NCBI GenBank assembly: GCA_007693605.1
Contig: REDG01000035.1
Coordinates: 1-64,000, forward strand
Direction of reading: 5' to 3'
Length of the DNA: 64,000 bases
From: Bradymonadales bacterium
GTDB taxonomy: Bacteria; Bdellovibrionota; UBA2394
The position numbers and the translations under genes are program-made. Below are positions 46,846-57,641 of the stretch, piece by piece (positions within the stretch are counted from its first letter, which is position 1; the number at the start of each line of letters is the position of its first letter). The notes beneath the pieces were generated by a model. That model was given only the letters and a program-made list of their open reading frames with translations, searched no databases and was not told the DNA's origin.

Positions 46846-47274
46846 ATGAAGACCTACTTGTTAGATGCTTCTTTAGTTCCTGTCGGACGACTGGCGACGG
46901 TGGCCGCAAGCCTACTTTCAGGAAAGCATAAGCCCTCGTTCACCCCAGGAGCTAATTCTGGAGATCAGGTGGTTGTGATCAATGCGAATCGCGCTTTCTT
47001 TAGTTCAAATAAAGCAGAAAAGAAAATTTACTACTGGCATACAGGCTGGATGGGCGGGCTAAAAATGAGAACCGCCGGTGAAGCGCTTGAGAGAAACCCA
47101 GAGAGAGTGATCTTTGAAGCAGTCGAGGGCATGTTGCCAAAAAACCGACTCTCTCAACGGCAGCTTGTTCATCTGAAAATTTATAAGACGGCAGATCATC
47201 CCCATCAGGCACAGAAACCCTATGCCTTGACGGAAGAACATTTTGGTTTGAAAAAACTTGGGCTTGGAGACTAG
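46846..47274 (+). CDS. rplM: 50S ribosomal protein L13 (may start at 46696)
   Basis: GRLAT, GKHKPSFTP, GDQVVVINA, YYWHTG, GMLPKN, HPHQAQKP. Confidence 0.95.
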   Translation: MKTYLLDASLVPVGRLATVAASLLSGKHKPSFTPGANSGDQVVVINANRAFFSSNKAEKKIYYWHTGWMGGLKMRTAGEALERNPERVIFEAVEGMLPKNRLSQRQLVHLKIYKTADHPHQAQKPYALTEEHFGLKKLGLGD

Positions 47275-47279
47275 AGGAT

Positions 47280-47672
47280 ATGGCATCGAATCAGATTTTT
47301 CACGCAGTAGGAAAGCGAAAGACTTCGATCGCTCGGATCTATCTGCAAAAGGGAAAGGGAGTGGTCACAGTCAACTCTCGACCTCTGAGTGAGTATTTTG
47401 ATGAATTGAATCGTTTTAAACTTTTGAGATCTTTGAAGACCTTGGGTTTGGAGTCTCAAATGGATGTCAGTGTGAATGTAGAAGGAGGCGGCCCTTCATC
47501 TCAGGCTGAAGCCTGCATGTTTGGAATTGCCAAAGCTTTGACGCTTGTCGACGCAGGGCATCGCCCTGAGCTCAAAAAGAATTCTCTGCTCACTCGAGAT
47601 GCTCGAGTGGTCGAGCGCAAGAAGTACGGCCATAAAAAAGCCAGAAAGAGCTTCCAGTTCTCGAAACGATAG
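47280..47672 (+). CDS. rpsI: 30S ribosomal protein S9
   Basis: GKRKTSIAR, GGG, LTRDARVVERKKYG...QFSKR. Confidence 0.97.
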   Translation: MASNQIFHAVGKRKTSIARIYLQKGKGVVTVNSRPLSEYFDELNRFKLLRSLKTLGLESQMDVSVNVEGGGPSSQAEACMFGIAKALTLVDAGHRPELKKNSLLTRDARVVERKKYGHKKARKSFQFSKR

Positions 47673-47806
47673 AGCGGACTCTCCACTCCTCGCCATCGCT
47701 TCCTCATCTTTAGAAATGATAGCTCATGGGCCCTCTTTTTTTGGAGCGTCAAAATCGACGCTTTCTTTTCCCTGCCCGAAAGCATGGTATACTACTTGCA
47801 GGTCCT

Positions 47807-49405
47807 ATGGCAGCTGATTTACGCCTATCGATGAAACTCGGCCAGCAGATGGTCATGACGCCTCAGTTGCAGGCGGCCATCAAACTGCTGCAGATGAACC
47901 GTCTCGAACTGACTGAGACCATTAACGCTGAACTCCTTGAAAACCCACTTCTTGAAGAAACGGCTGAACTGTCTGAGCTGGAACTCAAGAAAGCAGAGCT
48001 AGAAAAACAGGCGAATTCCTCTGAGAGTCTGCAAGAGGTTAGTCCCGAGAAGGACAAAGACCCTGAGTTTGATTGGGAGGCCTATCTCGAACAGAGTTTC
48101 TCTTATTCGGGAAAGAGCACCGGAGGGCTTGGGCATGACCCCAACCAAGAAGAGGGTCCGGGCTTTGAGGCCAATCACACGCGCGCAAGAAGTCTGTCGG
48201 AGCATTTGCTGCAACAGGTTCAAATCAATGAGTTTAATGGGGTCGAGAAAGAGATCGCGCAAGACATCATTGGCTGTCTTGATGATCAGGGCTATTTTCG
48301 TGAACCATTAGAAGATCTCGCGAAAAGAAGCGAGGTTCCTCTCGAACAGGCGGAGTTCGTACTGCAGTTGGTGCAGGAACTGGATCCGCCTGGGGTGGCG
48401 GCCCGAGACCTCAGAGAATGCCTCTTGATTCAGTTGAAGCAAGCCAAGCTTCGCTTCAAGTCGCACAAAGAGCTTTTAAAGCAACTCATCGAAGACCATC
48501 TGGTTCACTTAGAGAAGAGAAACTTTAAGTTGATCGCAAAAGAAATGGGATTGGAGATGGAAGAACTAGGCGAGTTGATCGAAACTCTTCAGGAGTTTGA
48601 ACCCCGTCCGGCAAGACCCTTTTCTGAGGTCGACAACAACTACATCACTCCCGATATCTATATCTATCAAATGAATGACGAGTTTGTGATCTCAATGAAC
48701 GAAGACGGATTGCCAAAGCTTCGCATCAGTCGATTGTATCGAGACATTTTACGGACCCTTCCCGAAGCAAAGAAGTTGATTGAGACCGCCAGTGCAAAGT
48801 CAAAAGAGAGTGTAGAGGAAGAGTTGGGCATATTGGCAGACAAGCTTGTGGATCAACAAAGGCCCATGGAGGGCGCTGAGGAGAGTGGGCAAGATCCTCG
48901 AACCTATATTCAGGGGAAGCTTCGCGGGGCTCTCTGGCTGATTCGTTCCATTCATCAGAGGCAGCGCACCATCTTTAAGGTGACCGAAAGTATTGTAAAG
49001 AGTCAGAGGGACTTTCTGATTCATGGGGTGAGTCATCTTCGACCGATGGTCTTGAAAGATGTGGCCGCAGATATTGGGATGCATGAGTCTACGATTTCGC
49101 GAGTGACCTCAAATAAATATGTGCATACGCCCCAAGGAATTTTTGAGTTGAAGTACTTCTTTTCAAGCGCTATTCAGAGAACCAATGGCCAAGACATTGC
49201 TGCCGAGAGTGTTAAAGAGAAGATCAAGTTGATTGTGAAGTCTGAAGATGAGCAGAATCCGACAAGCGATCAGGGCATTGTTGACGAGCTGCGCCGACAA
49301 GGGATTGACATCGCTCGTCGAACGGTTGCGAAGTACCGAGAGATGTTGGGAATTCTCCCATCTTCTCAGAGAAAGACATTAGTCAAATCTAAGCGAATCC
49401 GTTAA
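47807..49405 (+). CDS. rpoN: RNA polymerase sigma-54 factor
   Basis: MTPQLQAAIKLLQ, HESTISR and ARRTVAKYRE RpoN box; start reassigned to 47807. Confidence 0.96.
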   Translation: MAADLRLSMKLGQQMVMTPQLQAAIKLLQMNRLELTETINAELLENPLLEETAELSELELKKAELEKQANSSESLQEVSPEKDKDPEFDWEAYLEQSFSYSGKSTGGLGHDPNQEEGPGFEANHTRARSLSEHLLQQVQINEFNGVEKEIAQDIIGCLDDQGYFREPLEDLAKRSEVPLEQAEFVLQLVQELDPPGVAARDLRECLLIQLKQAKLRFKSHKELLKQLIEDHLVHLEKRNFKLIAKEMGLEMEELGELIETLQEFEPRPARPFSEVDNNYITPDIYIYQMNDEFVISMNEDGLPKLRISRLYRDILRTLPEAKKLIETASAKSKESVEEELGILADKLVDQQRPMEGAEESGQDPRTYIQGKLRGALWLIRSIHQRQRTIFKVTESIVKSQRDFLIHGVSHLRPMVLKDVAADIGMHESTISRVTSNKYVHTPQGIFELKYFFSSAIQRTNGQDIAAESVKEKIKLIVKSEDEQNPTSDQGIVDELRRQGIDIARRTVAKYREMLGILPSSQRKTLVKSKRIR

Positions 49406-49413
49406 AGATATAG

Positions 49414-50487
49414 GTGATGAGCAGAAACTCAAAAGGCCGAGAACGATGGAAGCAAGGCTTCCGCCAACGCTTTGGCTGGTTGCGACATTGGCTTAAAAGA
49501 GATCCAGAGCCTCTCACTCTGCTCCTGATGACCAAGGGTCATCTCGAAGTTCGAAAGCTCTATCTCAGCCCGAAAAGTATCTGGTGGATTAAAATCGGCA
49601 GTGTAGCGGCAGTTTGCTTTCTGGCACTGAGTACCGTTATTTTTATTCAGTTTGTGGTGACTCTCCCCGACAGAAGTTTACTGGAACGAGAGAACCTCGC
49701 CCTACAGAGAGAGTTGAATCATATTCAGTTCCATCTCGATACATTGCAGACCACAGTCGACCGAGTACAGCGCTTCAACCACAAGTTGCGAGCGCTGACG
49801 GATGTGGATAAAGAGTTTGCCAAGAGACAGCAGGGTCCTCTCGGTCAGGGAGGGGGAGAAGAAGTAGTTGAAGACGGAGAATTTCTGTACCACTTCGGGG
49901 ACTTTAGTATCGAAGAGAATAGTTTGGAGTTAGCAAGAGATTCGCAGCCGCACCTTGATCGGCGCCAGAGGTTTTTAGTTCAGAAATTGTACTCTTGGAT
50001 GAATCGCCTCTACCGAGACACGGAGCTAGAGAGTCAGAGCGTGGAGGAGTTGTTCGAAGTTCTGAAGGGCCAAAAGCTTCAGCTCGCGGCAACGCCGTCG
50101 ATTATGCCGGTGCGAGGCTGGGTCACCTCTCACTTTGGATACCGAATTGACCCCTTCTCGGGGCGAAGGTCACTTCATCGGGGAATGGATGTGGCGGCTC
50201 GTAAGGGTTCCCCAATTGTTTCCCCAGCCGAAGGGGTCGTGAGCTTTTCGGGGCCTTACGGGGGCTTTGGAAATACGGTGATTGTGTTTCATGGTTATGG
50301 AATTTCGACCCTCTATGCCCATGCGCAAGATCTTCTGGTTCGAGCCGGACAGCGGGTCAGCCGAGGGGATGTTTTGGCGACGGTCGGCAACACGGGCCGG
50401 TCTACAGGCGCTCACCTACACTATGAAGTTCGGGTCAACGGAATTCAGGTAGATCCGCGCAAGTACATCCTGGATCGCTCTCTCTAG
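49414..50487 (+). CDS. M23 family metallopeptidase
   Basis: TM plus coiled coil; HRGMD and TGAHLHYEV zinc motifs. Confidence 0.92.
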   Translation: MMSRNSKGRERWKQGFRQRFGWLRHWLKRDPEPLTLLLMTKGHLEVRKLYLSPKSIWWIKIGSVAAVCFLALSTVIFIQFVVTLPDRSLLERENLALQRELNHIQFHLDTLQTTVDRVQRFNHKLRALTDVDKEFAKRQQGPLGQGGGEEVVEDGEFLYHFGDFSIEENSLELARDSQPHLDRRQRFLVQKLYSWMNRLYRDTELESQSVEELFEVLKGQKLQLAATPSIMPVRGWVTSHFGYRIDPFSGRRSLHRGMDVAARKGSPIVSPAEGVVSFSGPYGGFGNTVIVFHGYGISTLYAHAQDLLVRAGQRVSRGDVLATVGNTGRSTGAHLHYEVRVNGIQVDPRKYILDRSL

Positions 50488-50547
50488 TGTGTCTGACATT
50501 TAAGCGTTTACGAAGAATTTCCTTTTCAGCTAGGTTGAAGATTCAAG

Positions 50548-53199
50548 ATGCAAAGTTTTTTCAAAAGATTTCTGGGCTCTAGAAACGATCGTGAAGTCGC
50601 GCGTCTCATGGCAGAAGTCGGCAAGATCAACGCGTTTGAAGCCGATTTAGAGCGGCTCTCAGATGATCAACTGAAGGCCAAGACTCAAGAGTTTCGAGAG
50701 CGACTCGAGAAATCAGAGAGCTTGGATGGTCTTTTGCATGAGGCCTTTGCCTGCGTCCGAGAGGCCTCGAAGAGGCATTTAAAGCTCAGGCACTACGATG
50801 TTCAGATGGTGGGGGGCATGGCCCTTCATCAAGGCAAGATCGCGGAGATGAAAACGGGTGAGGGAAAGACCTTGATGTCGACCCTTCCGATTTATCTGAA
50901 TGCTTTGAGTGGAAAAGGGGTTCACCTCGTCACGGTGAACGACTATCTGGCGAAGAGGGATGCGGAGTGGATGGGGCCCATCTATGAAGCTTTGGGCATG
51001 AGTGTTGGAGTGATTGTGCATGGGATTGATGATGTGGCTCGAAAAGCCGCTTATGCTTGTGACATCACCTACGGCACAAACAATGAGTTTGGTTTTGACT
51101 ATCTTCGCGACAATATGAAAGTTCAGTTGGAGAATCTCTGCCAAAGAGAGCTGAACTACGCGATCGTCGATGAGGTGGATAGCATCCTGATTGATGAGGC
51201 AAGAACTCCCCTGATTATTTCAGGGCCCTCCACCAAGTCTTCTGATAAGTATTCTCGTTTAAATCGGGTGATTCCCTTCTTGAAGAGAGAAGTTCATTAC
51301 ACAATGGATGAGAAGTCTAGAACGGTGCACCTGACGGACGAAGGGGTCGAAGAGGTGCAGAAACGATTGGGCGTCGACAATCTTTATGATCCTCGTCATA
51401 TGGAGACTTTGCATCATGTCGATCAGGCGCTGAAAGCCCATGTCATGTTCAAGAAAGATGTCGACTATGTGGTGAAAGATGGCCAGGTCATTATCGTCGA
51501 TGAGTTCACTGGGCGACTGGCCCCAGGCCGCCGTTACGGGGATGGCTTACACCAAGCCTTAGAAGCCAAAGAAGGCGTTCAAGTTGCGACGGAGAATCAA
51601 ACTCTCGCCTCCATTACCTATCAGAATTATTTTCGAATGTACTCTAAGCTAGCGGGAATGACTGGAACGGCAGAGACCGAAGCGGAAGAGTTTGCATCCA
51701 TTTATAAGCTGGATGTTCTTGTCATTCCGACTCATCGCCCTATGATTCGTATCGATCACTCGGATGTGATTTACAAGACGAGTCGGGCTCGAGATCGGGC
51801 AGTGGCCGAAGACATCAAAGAGAGGCATCAGAAGGGCCAGCCCGTTTTGGTGGGCACGGTCTCGATTGAAAAATCAGAGAGGCTGAGCGAGCTTCTAAAG
51901 AAAGAGTCTGTCCCTCATCATGTGTTGAACGCGAAGCATCATGAGAAAGAAGCCCAGATTGTGGCGGCCGCCGGTCAGAAGGGTTCTGTGACAATCGCCA
52001 CAAATATGGCCGGTCGAGGGACCGACATTAAGCTCGAAGAAGGAGTAGCCGATCTTGGAGGCTTATACATTGTCGGCTGTGAACGGCATGAGGCTCGTCG
52101 GATTGATAATCAGCTGAGAGGCCGCTCGGGGCGGCAAGGGGACCCCGGAGAGAGCCGGTTCTATCTGAGTCTTGAAGACCAGATGCTGCGAGTCTTTGCG
52201 GGCGATCGGATGATGAAAATCATGAACTTCTTTGGCATGGAAGAAGATGAACCGATCGAAGCCAGAATGATTAGTAAGTCCATCGAAGATGCCCAGACTC
52301 GAATGGAGGGTCGCAACTTTGATACCAGAAAGCATCTTCTGAAGTATGATGATGTGATGAACCACCAGAGAAAGGTGGTGTATCAGTGGCGCCGAAAACT
52401 TCTTGGAAAAGAAGATGTTCGCACGGAGATTCAGGAGAGCGCCGAAGAAGTGATCGGAGCCATTTGTGAAGAGCATATTCCTCCAAAGGCGGTGGTGGAG
52501 GACTGGGACTGGTCTGGATTGAAAGAGTCCATGCTTCGTTTTGTCGGAGAAGACCTCGGCTTGGACGAAATTCAAAAAGAGATTGAGGACGCCCCTCCCT
52601 CGACGGCCGATCAGAAGCTTTTTGAGGCCATCGTGACTCGGTGGGAAAAGTATTACGGCGAACTTGAGAGTGAATTGACCCCGGAACTTCTTCGGCGGCG
52701 AGAGCGGGTGGTCTTTTTGCACACCCTAGACGACCGATGGAGAGAGCATCTGCTCAATATGGATCATTTGCGAGAGGGGATCAATCTTAGGGGTTACGCT
52801 CAAAAGGATCCGGTTCTTGATTATCAAAAGGAGAGCTTCCGACTCTTTGAGTTGATGTTCGCCCGAGTGAAGCAAGAGGGGGTCGAAAGGCTCAACCGCC
52901 TCAAGGCGCTTATGGCCTTTGAAGAGGCTCAAAGAATGATGAGCCCTGAAATGCGCCGACAAAAACTTTTAGCCGAAATGGACGAAGAGCAAAGGCTACG
53001 ATCTGAGCGGGCCAGAAAGTTGGCAGAAGCCTCTTCAGCGGCCCGAAGGGGCGGGCAGGCGTCGGCGGCCAAGCCCGAGACCATGCGAAGACAAGAAGAG
53101 AAGGTGGGTCGAAATGACCCCTGTCCCTGCGGAAGCGGCAAGAAATTTAAGAAGTGTCATGGGATCAGCAGTAGCGCGAGCCTCCAGGAGAAGGGTTAA
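50548..53199 (+). CDS. secA: Preprotein translocase subunit SecA
   Basis: [51 protein letters not shown]. Confidence 0.98.
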   Translation: MQSFFKRFLGSRNDREVARLMAEVGKINAFEADLERLSDDQLKAKTQEFRERLEKSESLDGLLHEAFACVREASKRHLKLRHYDVQMVGGMALHQGKIAEMKTGEGKTLMSTLPIYLNALSGKGVHLVTVNDYLAKRDAEWMGPIYEALGMSVGVIVHGIDDVARKAAYACDITYGTNNEFGFDYLRDNMKVQLENLCQRELNYAIVDEVDSILIDEARTPLIISGPSTKSSDKYSRLNRVIPFLKREVHYTMDEKSRTVHLTDEGVEEVQKRLGVDNLYDPRHMETLHHVDQALKAHVMFKKDVDYVVKDGQVIIVDEFTGRLAPGRRYGDGLHQALEAKEGVQVATENQTLASITYQNYFRMYSKLAGMTGTAETEAEEFASIYKLDVLVIPTHRPMIRIDHSDVIYKTSRARDRAVAEDIKERHQKGQPVLVGTVSIEKSERLSELLKKESVPHHVLNAKHHEKEAQIVAAAGQKGSVTIATNMAGRGTDIKLEEGVADLGGLYIVGCERHEARRIDNQLRGRSGRQGDPGESRFYLSLEDQMLRVFAGDRMMKIMNFFGMEEDEPIEARMISKSIEDAQTRMEGRNFDTRKHLLKYDDVMNHQRKVVYQWRRKLLGKEDVRTEIQESAEEVIGAICEEHIPPKAVVEDWDWSGLKESMLRFVGEDLGLDEIQKEIEDAPPSTADQKLFEAIVTRWEKYYGELESELTPELLRRRERVVFLHTLDDRWREHLLNMDHLREGINLRGYAQKDPVLDYQKESFRLFELMFARVKQEGVERLNRLKALMAFEEAQRMMSPEMRRQKLLAEMDEEQRLRSERARKLAEASSAARRGGQASAAKPETMRRQEEKVGRNDPCPCGSGKKFKKCHGISSSASLQEKG

Positions 53200-53368
53200 A
53201 GGAGGTAACCAGCCCTCGATTTAAAGAGGTTGGTCATCCATAATTTCTCGGGATTTGTTTAACCGACACCAGTTGCCCTGTTTTTCCACCTAAGTGACAC
53301 ACTGGTAATACACTGAAAAGAGGGCATTTTCCTTTTCCTAAATCATATGGTATTATAAGACATAGGTT

Positions 53369-53671
53369 ATGCCTGGGGCGGTCTTGGTCCACCACGAAAA
53401 GCTCTTTCTAGCCTATGAGGTGATCGCAGAGGTGAAGGTTTGGAGTATAGACCACTCAGAATACTATCCAGAAGGCTTCAAGTACTCACTGTTTGCCGTT
53501 CGGGAAGGGAGCGTCTTGGTTGGCTATGACAACCACAAACCCAAGTCTCACCATCGGCATTACCTCGGAAAGGAGACTGTCTATTCGTTTCGAGGGATCG
53601 ACAAGCTGATGTCTGACTTTTGGAATGATCTTCAGGATGTCCTTGACGCCCTATCGAAGGAGGAAGTTTAG
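53369..53671 (+). CDS. DUF6516/TumE-like putative toxin
   Basis: YPEGFKYSL...VGYDNHKPKSHHRH...LMSDF pattern; paired with a downstream HTH gene. Confidence 0.65.
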   Translation: MPGAVLVHHEKLFLAYEVIAEVKVWSIDHSEYYPEGFKYSLFAVREGSVLVGYDNHKPKSHHRHYLGKETVYSFRGIDKLMSDFWNDLQDVLDALSKEEV

Positions 53672-53672
53672 A

Positions 53673-54050
53673 ATGAATATGAAAGCGATCAAGATTCAGA
53701 TTAAGCCCACAAAGGATTTTCTGAACGATACAGCAAAGATTATGAAGGCCATTCAGGCGGGAAAGAGGCCAAAGCCTGTAAAAGAGCCAAAGTTTTTCTT
53801 TGAAAGCTTGGATGCTGTAAGAAGCATCCTGACAGACAAGAGAATGCAGCTTCTAAGGCTTATTAAAAAAGAAAGGCCTAGCTCCATCAAAGAGCTGGCT
53901 CGATTGGCCAAGCGAGACTTCAAGGCTGTCTATGCTGACATTCAGAAGCTAGAACAATTTGATTTGGTCCAGGTTACTAAATCAAGGCCAGGCTCGAACA
54001 CTCAAGTGCGCTCAAAGGTGTCGGCTATTCAATTCAGCGTAGAGATTTGA
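53673..54050 (+). CDS. Winged-HTH putative antitoxin/regulator (HVO_A0114-like)
   Basis: FESLDAVRSILTDKRMQLL...PSSIKELARLAKRDFKAVYADI; AGGAGG RBS. Confidence 0.7.
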   Translation: MNMKAIKIQIKPTKDFLNDTAKIMKAIQAGKRPKPVKEPKFFFESLDAVRSILTDKRMQLLRLIKKERPSSIKELARLAKRDFKAVYADIQKLEQFDLVQVTKSRPGSNTQVRSKVSAIQFSVEI

Positions 54051-54194
54051 TGAAGCTCCTTTGGCTTGCCAACACAGCCTCTATTCTCCGGGGGAAGGCG
54101 ATGTGGCCGTCACTATACAGCGTCTGGCAGGCACGATTCTGTGGGCTAGGGGAGGCTTCAAAGTCTTGATGGGCCGGAAATCCATTTCGCCTGA

Positions 54195-54223
54195 TTGACA
54201 CCCGAGAAGAGCTTTTCTAGCGT
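54195..54223 (+). promoter_or_regulatory. sigma70 promoter of the gap operon, probably leaderless
   Basis: TTGACA-17-TAGCGT ending 7 nt before ATG 54231; no SD. Confidence 0.6.
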
Positions 54224-54230
54224 CCCGATT

Positions 54231-55265
54231 ATGATCCCACTTCAGAAAGAACTTCGTTTAGGCATTAATGGTTTCGGTCGAATTGGTCGATGCATTCTTC
54301 GGTTGATTGCAAAGCATCCTGACTTTCAAGCCGGCAAGTTGGTGGTCACCCAAATTAACGATCTCACCGACGCCAAAACCCTAGCACACCTGTTGAAGTA
54401 TGATTCTGTTCACGGCCCCTTTGATCAGCCGGTGGTGGCTGAGGGAAATCGCTTAAGAATAGGAGATCATTTGATTCCGGTCACAGCGGAGCCTAAGCCA
54501 GAGAAGCTCGATTGGGCCTCTTCATCGACAAGTCTCGTCTTGGAGTGCACAGGGCGTTTTAAAAATCGAGAGGAGGTGGCCCAACACTTGAAGGCGGGAG
54601 CCAAGAGGGTGATTGTTTCTGCCCCTCTAAAGGGAGCAGATCGGACCATCGTTTTCGGGATCAACGAGAAAGAAATCGATCTGGAAAAGGACCTTGTTTT
54701 AAGTAATGCCTCTTGCACCACGAACTGTTTAGCTCCCGTCGCAAAAGTGATTCATGAAAGTTTTGGAATTGTCAGGGGCTCGATGACGACCGTGCATTCT
54801 TATACCAACGATCAACGAATCTTGGATCTTCCGCACTCCGATCTTCGGCGGGCTCGAGCCGCGGCCGTTTCGATGATTCCCACAACGACCGGAGCGGCCA
54901 AGGCAGTGGCTTTGGTTCTGCCAGAGCTCAAAGGGCGCTTGGATGGAATGGCCGTGCGGGTTCCGACTCCCAATGTTTCTTTGGTCGATCTGAATGTCTT
55001 GGTGGAAAAGAAGGCCAGCCCTGAACAAGTAAACGAAAAACTCGAGGCTGCAGCAAATGGACCACTAAAAAACATTCTATTTGTGTCTCGCGAAGAGCTG
55101 GTATCGATTGACTATCGAGGTCGTTCGGAATCCTCTCTGGTCGACGCTCCCTTCACTGCCGTTGTGGATGACTATTTTGTTAAAGTCCTTTCTTGGTACG
55201 ATAACGAATGGGGTTTTTCAGCTCGAATGCTTGATCTCAGTTGTTATCTAGGTTCCCATTCATGA
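54231..55265 (+). CDS. gap: Glyceraldehyde-3-phosphate dehydrogenase type I
   Basis: GINGFGRIGR, SNASCTTNCL, WYDNEWG. Confidence 0.97.
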   Translation: MIPLQKELRLGINGFGRIGRCILRLIAKHPDFQAGKLVVTQINDLTDAKTLAHLLKYDSVHGPFDQPVVAEGNRLRIGDHLIPVTAEPKPEKLDWASSSTSLVLECTGRFKNREEVAQHLKAGAKRVIVSAPLKGADRTIVFGINEKEIDLEKDLVLSNASCTTNCLAPVAKVIHESFGIVRGSMTTVHSYTNDQRILDLPHSDLRRARAAAVSMIPTTTGAAKAVALVLPELKGRLDGMAVRVPTPNVSLVDLNVLVEKKASPEQVNEKLEAAANGPLKNILFVSREELVSIDYRGRSESSLVDAPFTAVVDDYFVKVLSWYDNEWGFSARMLDLSCYLGSHS

Positions 55266-56524
55266 AGCTTTTGAAGATTGAAGATTTGCCATGGGAAAAA
55301 ATCCCAGAAAAGAAGCGAAAAGTATTTCTTAGGGTGGATTACAATGTCCCCTTAAAAGACGGACGAGTTCTCGACGACTTTCGAATTCAATCGAGCTTGC
55401 CGACCATACGAAAACTTCAAGAGATGAAGGCGGTGATTGTGATCGGCTCCCATTTGGGAAGGCCTCAAAAGGAGCCCAAAAAAAAGGCCAGCTTAAGCCT
55501 TGTGCCGGTGGCGGAGCATTTGGCGACCCTACTCGGCCAAGAGGTGATTTTTTCTGAAGAGATTCAAGGCTATGCGCTGGGCAAACTCATTTCAGACGCG
55601 AAAGCGGGTGAGGGCATTGTTTTCTTAGAGAATTTGAGATTTCATCCTGAGGAGGAGAAGAACGATCCTCATTTCGCTGAAGTCCTTCAAAACGCTTTGC
55701 CCATCTATGTGAACGATGCCTTTGGGGCCTCTCATCGGGCCCATGCTTCCGTTCAGGCGCAGGCAGAGAAGACGCGCTTGAGAGCGATGGGTGAGTTGTT
55801 GGCAAGAGAGGTCAGTGTTTTGGAGAAGATTCTACGAGAGCCAAGTCCGCATCAAATGGCCGTCTTGGGAGGCGCGAAAATTGAAGATAAGATAAAAGTG
55901 ATTGAGTCTTTGCTGCGAACTTGTCGAAAGATTTTTATTGGGGGTCGCATGGGCTTGAGTTTTTTAGCGGCTCAAGGCCTGTCTCTGGGTGGAAGCCGTA
56001 TGGAGCAAGAGTCCATTCAGCTTGCAAAGAGAATCACGGCCGACGCCAAGCGAAGAAAGGTCGAGCTGTTTTTTCCAGAGGATGCTCGCCTAGGGGAGTC
56101 TTTGGAGTCTACGACCTGCCGAGTGACCGCTCTAAACAAAAAGTTTTATCCGACAGAGTCTGAAATGATCTTGGACATTGGCCCCAAGACCTTAGAGTCG
56201 TGGACCTCGGAGTTAAAGAAGGCGGATCGTGTGCTCTGGAACGGGCCCATGGGAGTGTTTGAGAACCCCGTTTTTGCCGAGGGGACTTTGGGTCTTGTCG
56301 ACTTTTTGATAGAAAACCGAGAGAAGATTCAAGCGGTTTTAGGGGGGGGTGAAACGGTGGCGGCCGCGGCTCAGAGAGGAGCCTTGGGTCAGCTGTGGCA
56401 TGTTTCGACCGGGGGAGGCGCCATGTTGGAGTTTTTAGAAGGGAAGGCTTTGCCCGGCATTGAAGCTCTAAAGCTTCGAGATCGAGAGATCCTTCAACTT
56501 CAAGATTTGGATCTGGCCTCATGA
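55262..56524 (+). CDS. pgk: Phosphoglycerate kinase
   Basis: RVDYNVP, SHLGRP, NDAFGASHR, WNGPMGVFE, STGGGA. Confidence 0.96.
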   Translation: MKLLKIEDLPWEKIPEKKRKVFLRVDYNVPLKDGRVLDDFRIQSSLPTIRKLQEMKAVIVIGSHLGRPQKEPKKKASLSLVPVAEHLATLLGQEVIFSEEIQGYALGKLISDAKAGEGIVFLENLRFHPEEEKNDPHFAEVLQNALPIYVNDAFGASHRAHASVQAQAEKTRLRAMGELLAREVSVLEKILREPSPHQMAVLGGAKIEDKIKVIESLLRTCRKIFIGGRMGLSFLAAQGLSLGGSRMEQESIQLAKRITADAKRRKVELFFPEDARLGESLESTTCRVTALNKKFYPTESEMILDIGPKTLESWTSELKKADRVLWNGPMGVFENPVFAEGTLGLVDFLIENREKIQAVLGGGETVAAAAQRGALGQLWHVSTGGGAMLEFLEGKALPGIEALKLRDREILQLQDLDLAS

Positions 56525-57246
56525 AGCTGTTTGGCAACTGGAAGATGGCTCAGTCTCGTCAAGGGGCTCAAAGCTTTGCAGCCGATGCTAGCGGCTATCG
56601 TCCCGATCCGTTGGTAGAGTCGTTGATCTTTGCCTCTTGTTTGCAGATCCCTGAGATGATGGAGCGATTAAAGGATTGGAGTTTTGGGGCTCAAGATTGC
56701 TCCGCCGAGTTGCCAGGGCCCTATACTGGTCAGGTTTCTGCAAGAGAAATTTCTGAGTTTGGGGTGAAAGATCTTCTGCTCGGGCATTCTGAATGTCGAG
56801 CGGCTGGGCAGTCGGAAGAGCTATTGAAGAGAAAGCTCGAGCGGGCGAAAGAAGCTTCATTAAGGCTTTGCTATTGTGTTGGAGAGAGCCTTCAAGAGCG
56901 AGAAGAGGGTCGCTTGTGGGATTGTTTGAGTCGGCAGCTTGAGAACCTCGAGAATTGTTCTGCTGAGTTTTGTATCGCCTACGAGCCCGTTTGGGCAATC
57001 GGTACCGGTAAGACGGCATCACTGGAGCGGATTGCTGAAGTGCATCTTTGGATTCAGGCTAAGTTTCCGAAGGTTCCCATTCTATACGGAGGCTCCGTAA
57101 AGCCCGAAAATTCTGCAGAAATCATGGGTTTAGAGTCTGTGGGGGGGCTTCTGGTGGGAACTGCAAGTTTGAAGTGGGAGTCCTTGGAAAAGATTCTGGA
57201 GCTTGCTAGTCTTGAAGCTCAGAAAAGGAGACAACGCGCCAAATGA
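56521..57246 (+). CDS. tpiA: Triosephosphate isomerase
   Basis: GNWKM, GHSE, AYEPVWAIGTG, LYGGSV. Confidence 0.95.
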   Translation: MKLFGNWKMAQSRQGAQSFAADASGYRPDPLVESLIFASCLQIPEMMERLKDWSFGAQDCSAELPGPYTGQVSAREISEFGVKDLLLGHSECRAAGQSEELLKRKLERAKEASLRLCYCVGESLQEREEGRLWDCLSRQLENLENCSAEFCIAYEPVWAIGTGKTASLERIAEVHLWIQAKFPKVPILYGGSVKPENSAEIMGLESVGGLLVGTASLKWESLEKILELASLEAQKRRQRAK

Positions 57247-57641
57247 ATACAGATGCTGGTGTTTTTGAGACGATTCTAATGAGTTTTGAGCTGCCCCTGA
57301 TGCTCTTTCAGGGCCTAATTTGCTTGGCCATTATTGTTCTGATTCTTTTGCAGTCAGGCAAGGGAGACGATTTAGGCACCGCCCTTGGGGGCGGCGGCTC
57401 AGGCAGCACCGTTTTGGGAACGGGAGGAACCTCGAAGTTGCTCGTGAAGCTGACGGTCATTTTTTCCGTTTTGTTTATGGTGAACAGTATTGGGTTGGCT
57501 AAGATTTCAACGGCAAAGAGTGAGAGAGGGAGCGTGGTTCGAATGTCAGATCCCTTGGGAGATTTCAATCCTTTTGAATCTGAAGAGCTCCGAGGGCTTG
57601 ATCCCGAGTCTATCGAAGAGATCGAACCCGACTTGGAGTGA
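57243..57641 (+). CDS. secG: Preprotein translocase subunit SecG
   Basis: ILLQSGKG...GGG with two TM helices; follows tpiA. Confidence 0.9.
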   Translation: MNTDAGVFETILMSFELPLMLFQGLICLAIIVLILLQSGKGDDLGTALGGGGSGSTVLGTGGTSKLLVKLTVIFSVLFMVNSIGLAKISTAKSERGSVVRMSDPLGDFNPFESEELRGLDPESIEEIEPDLE

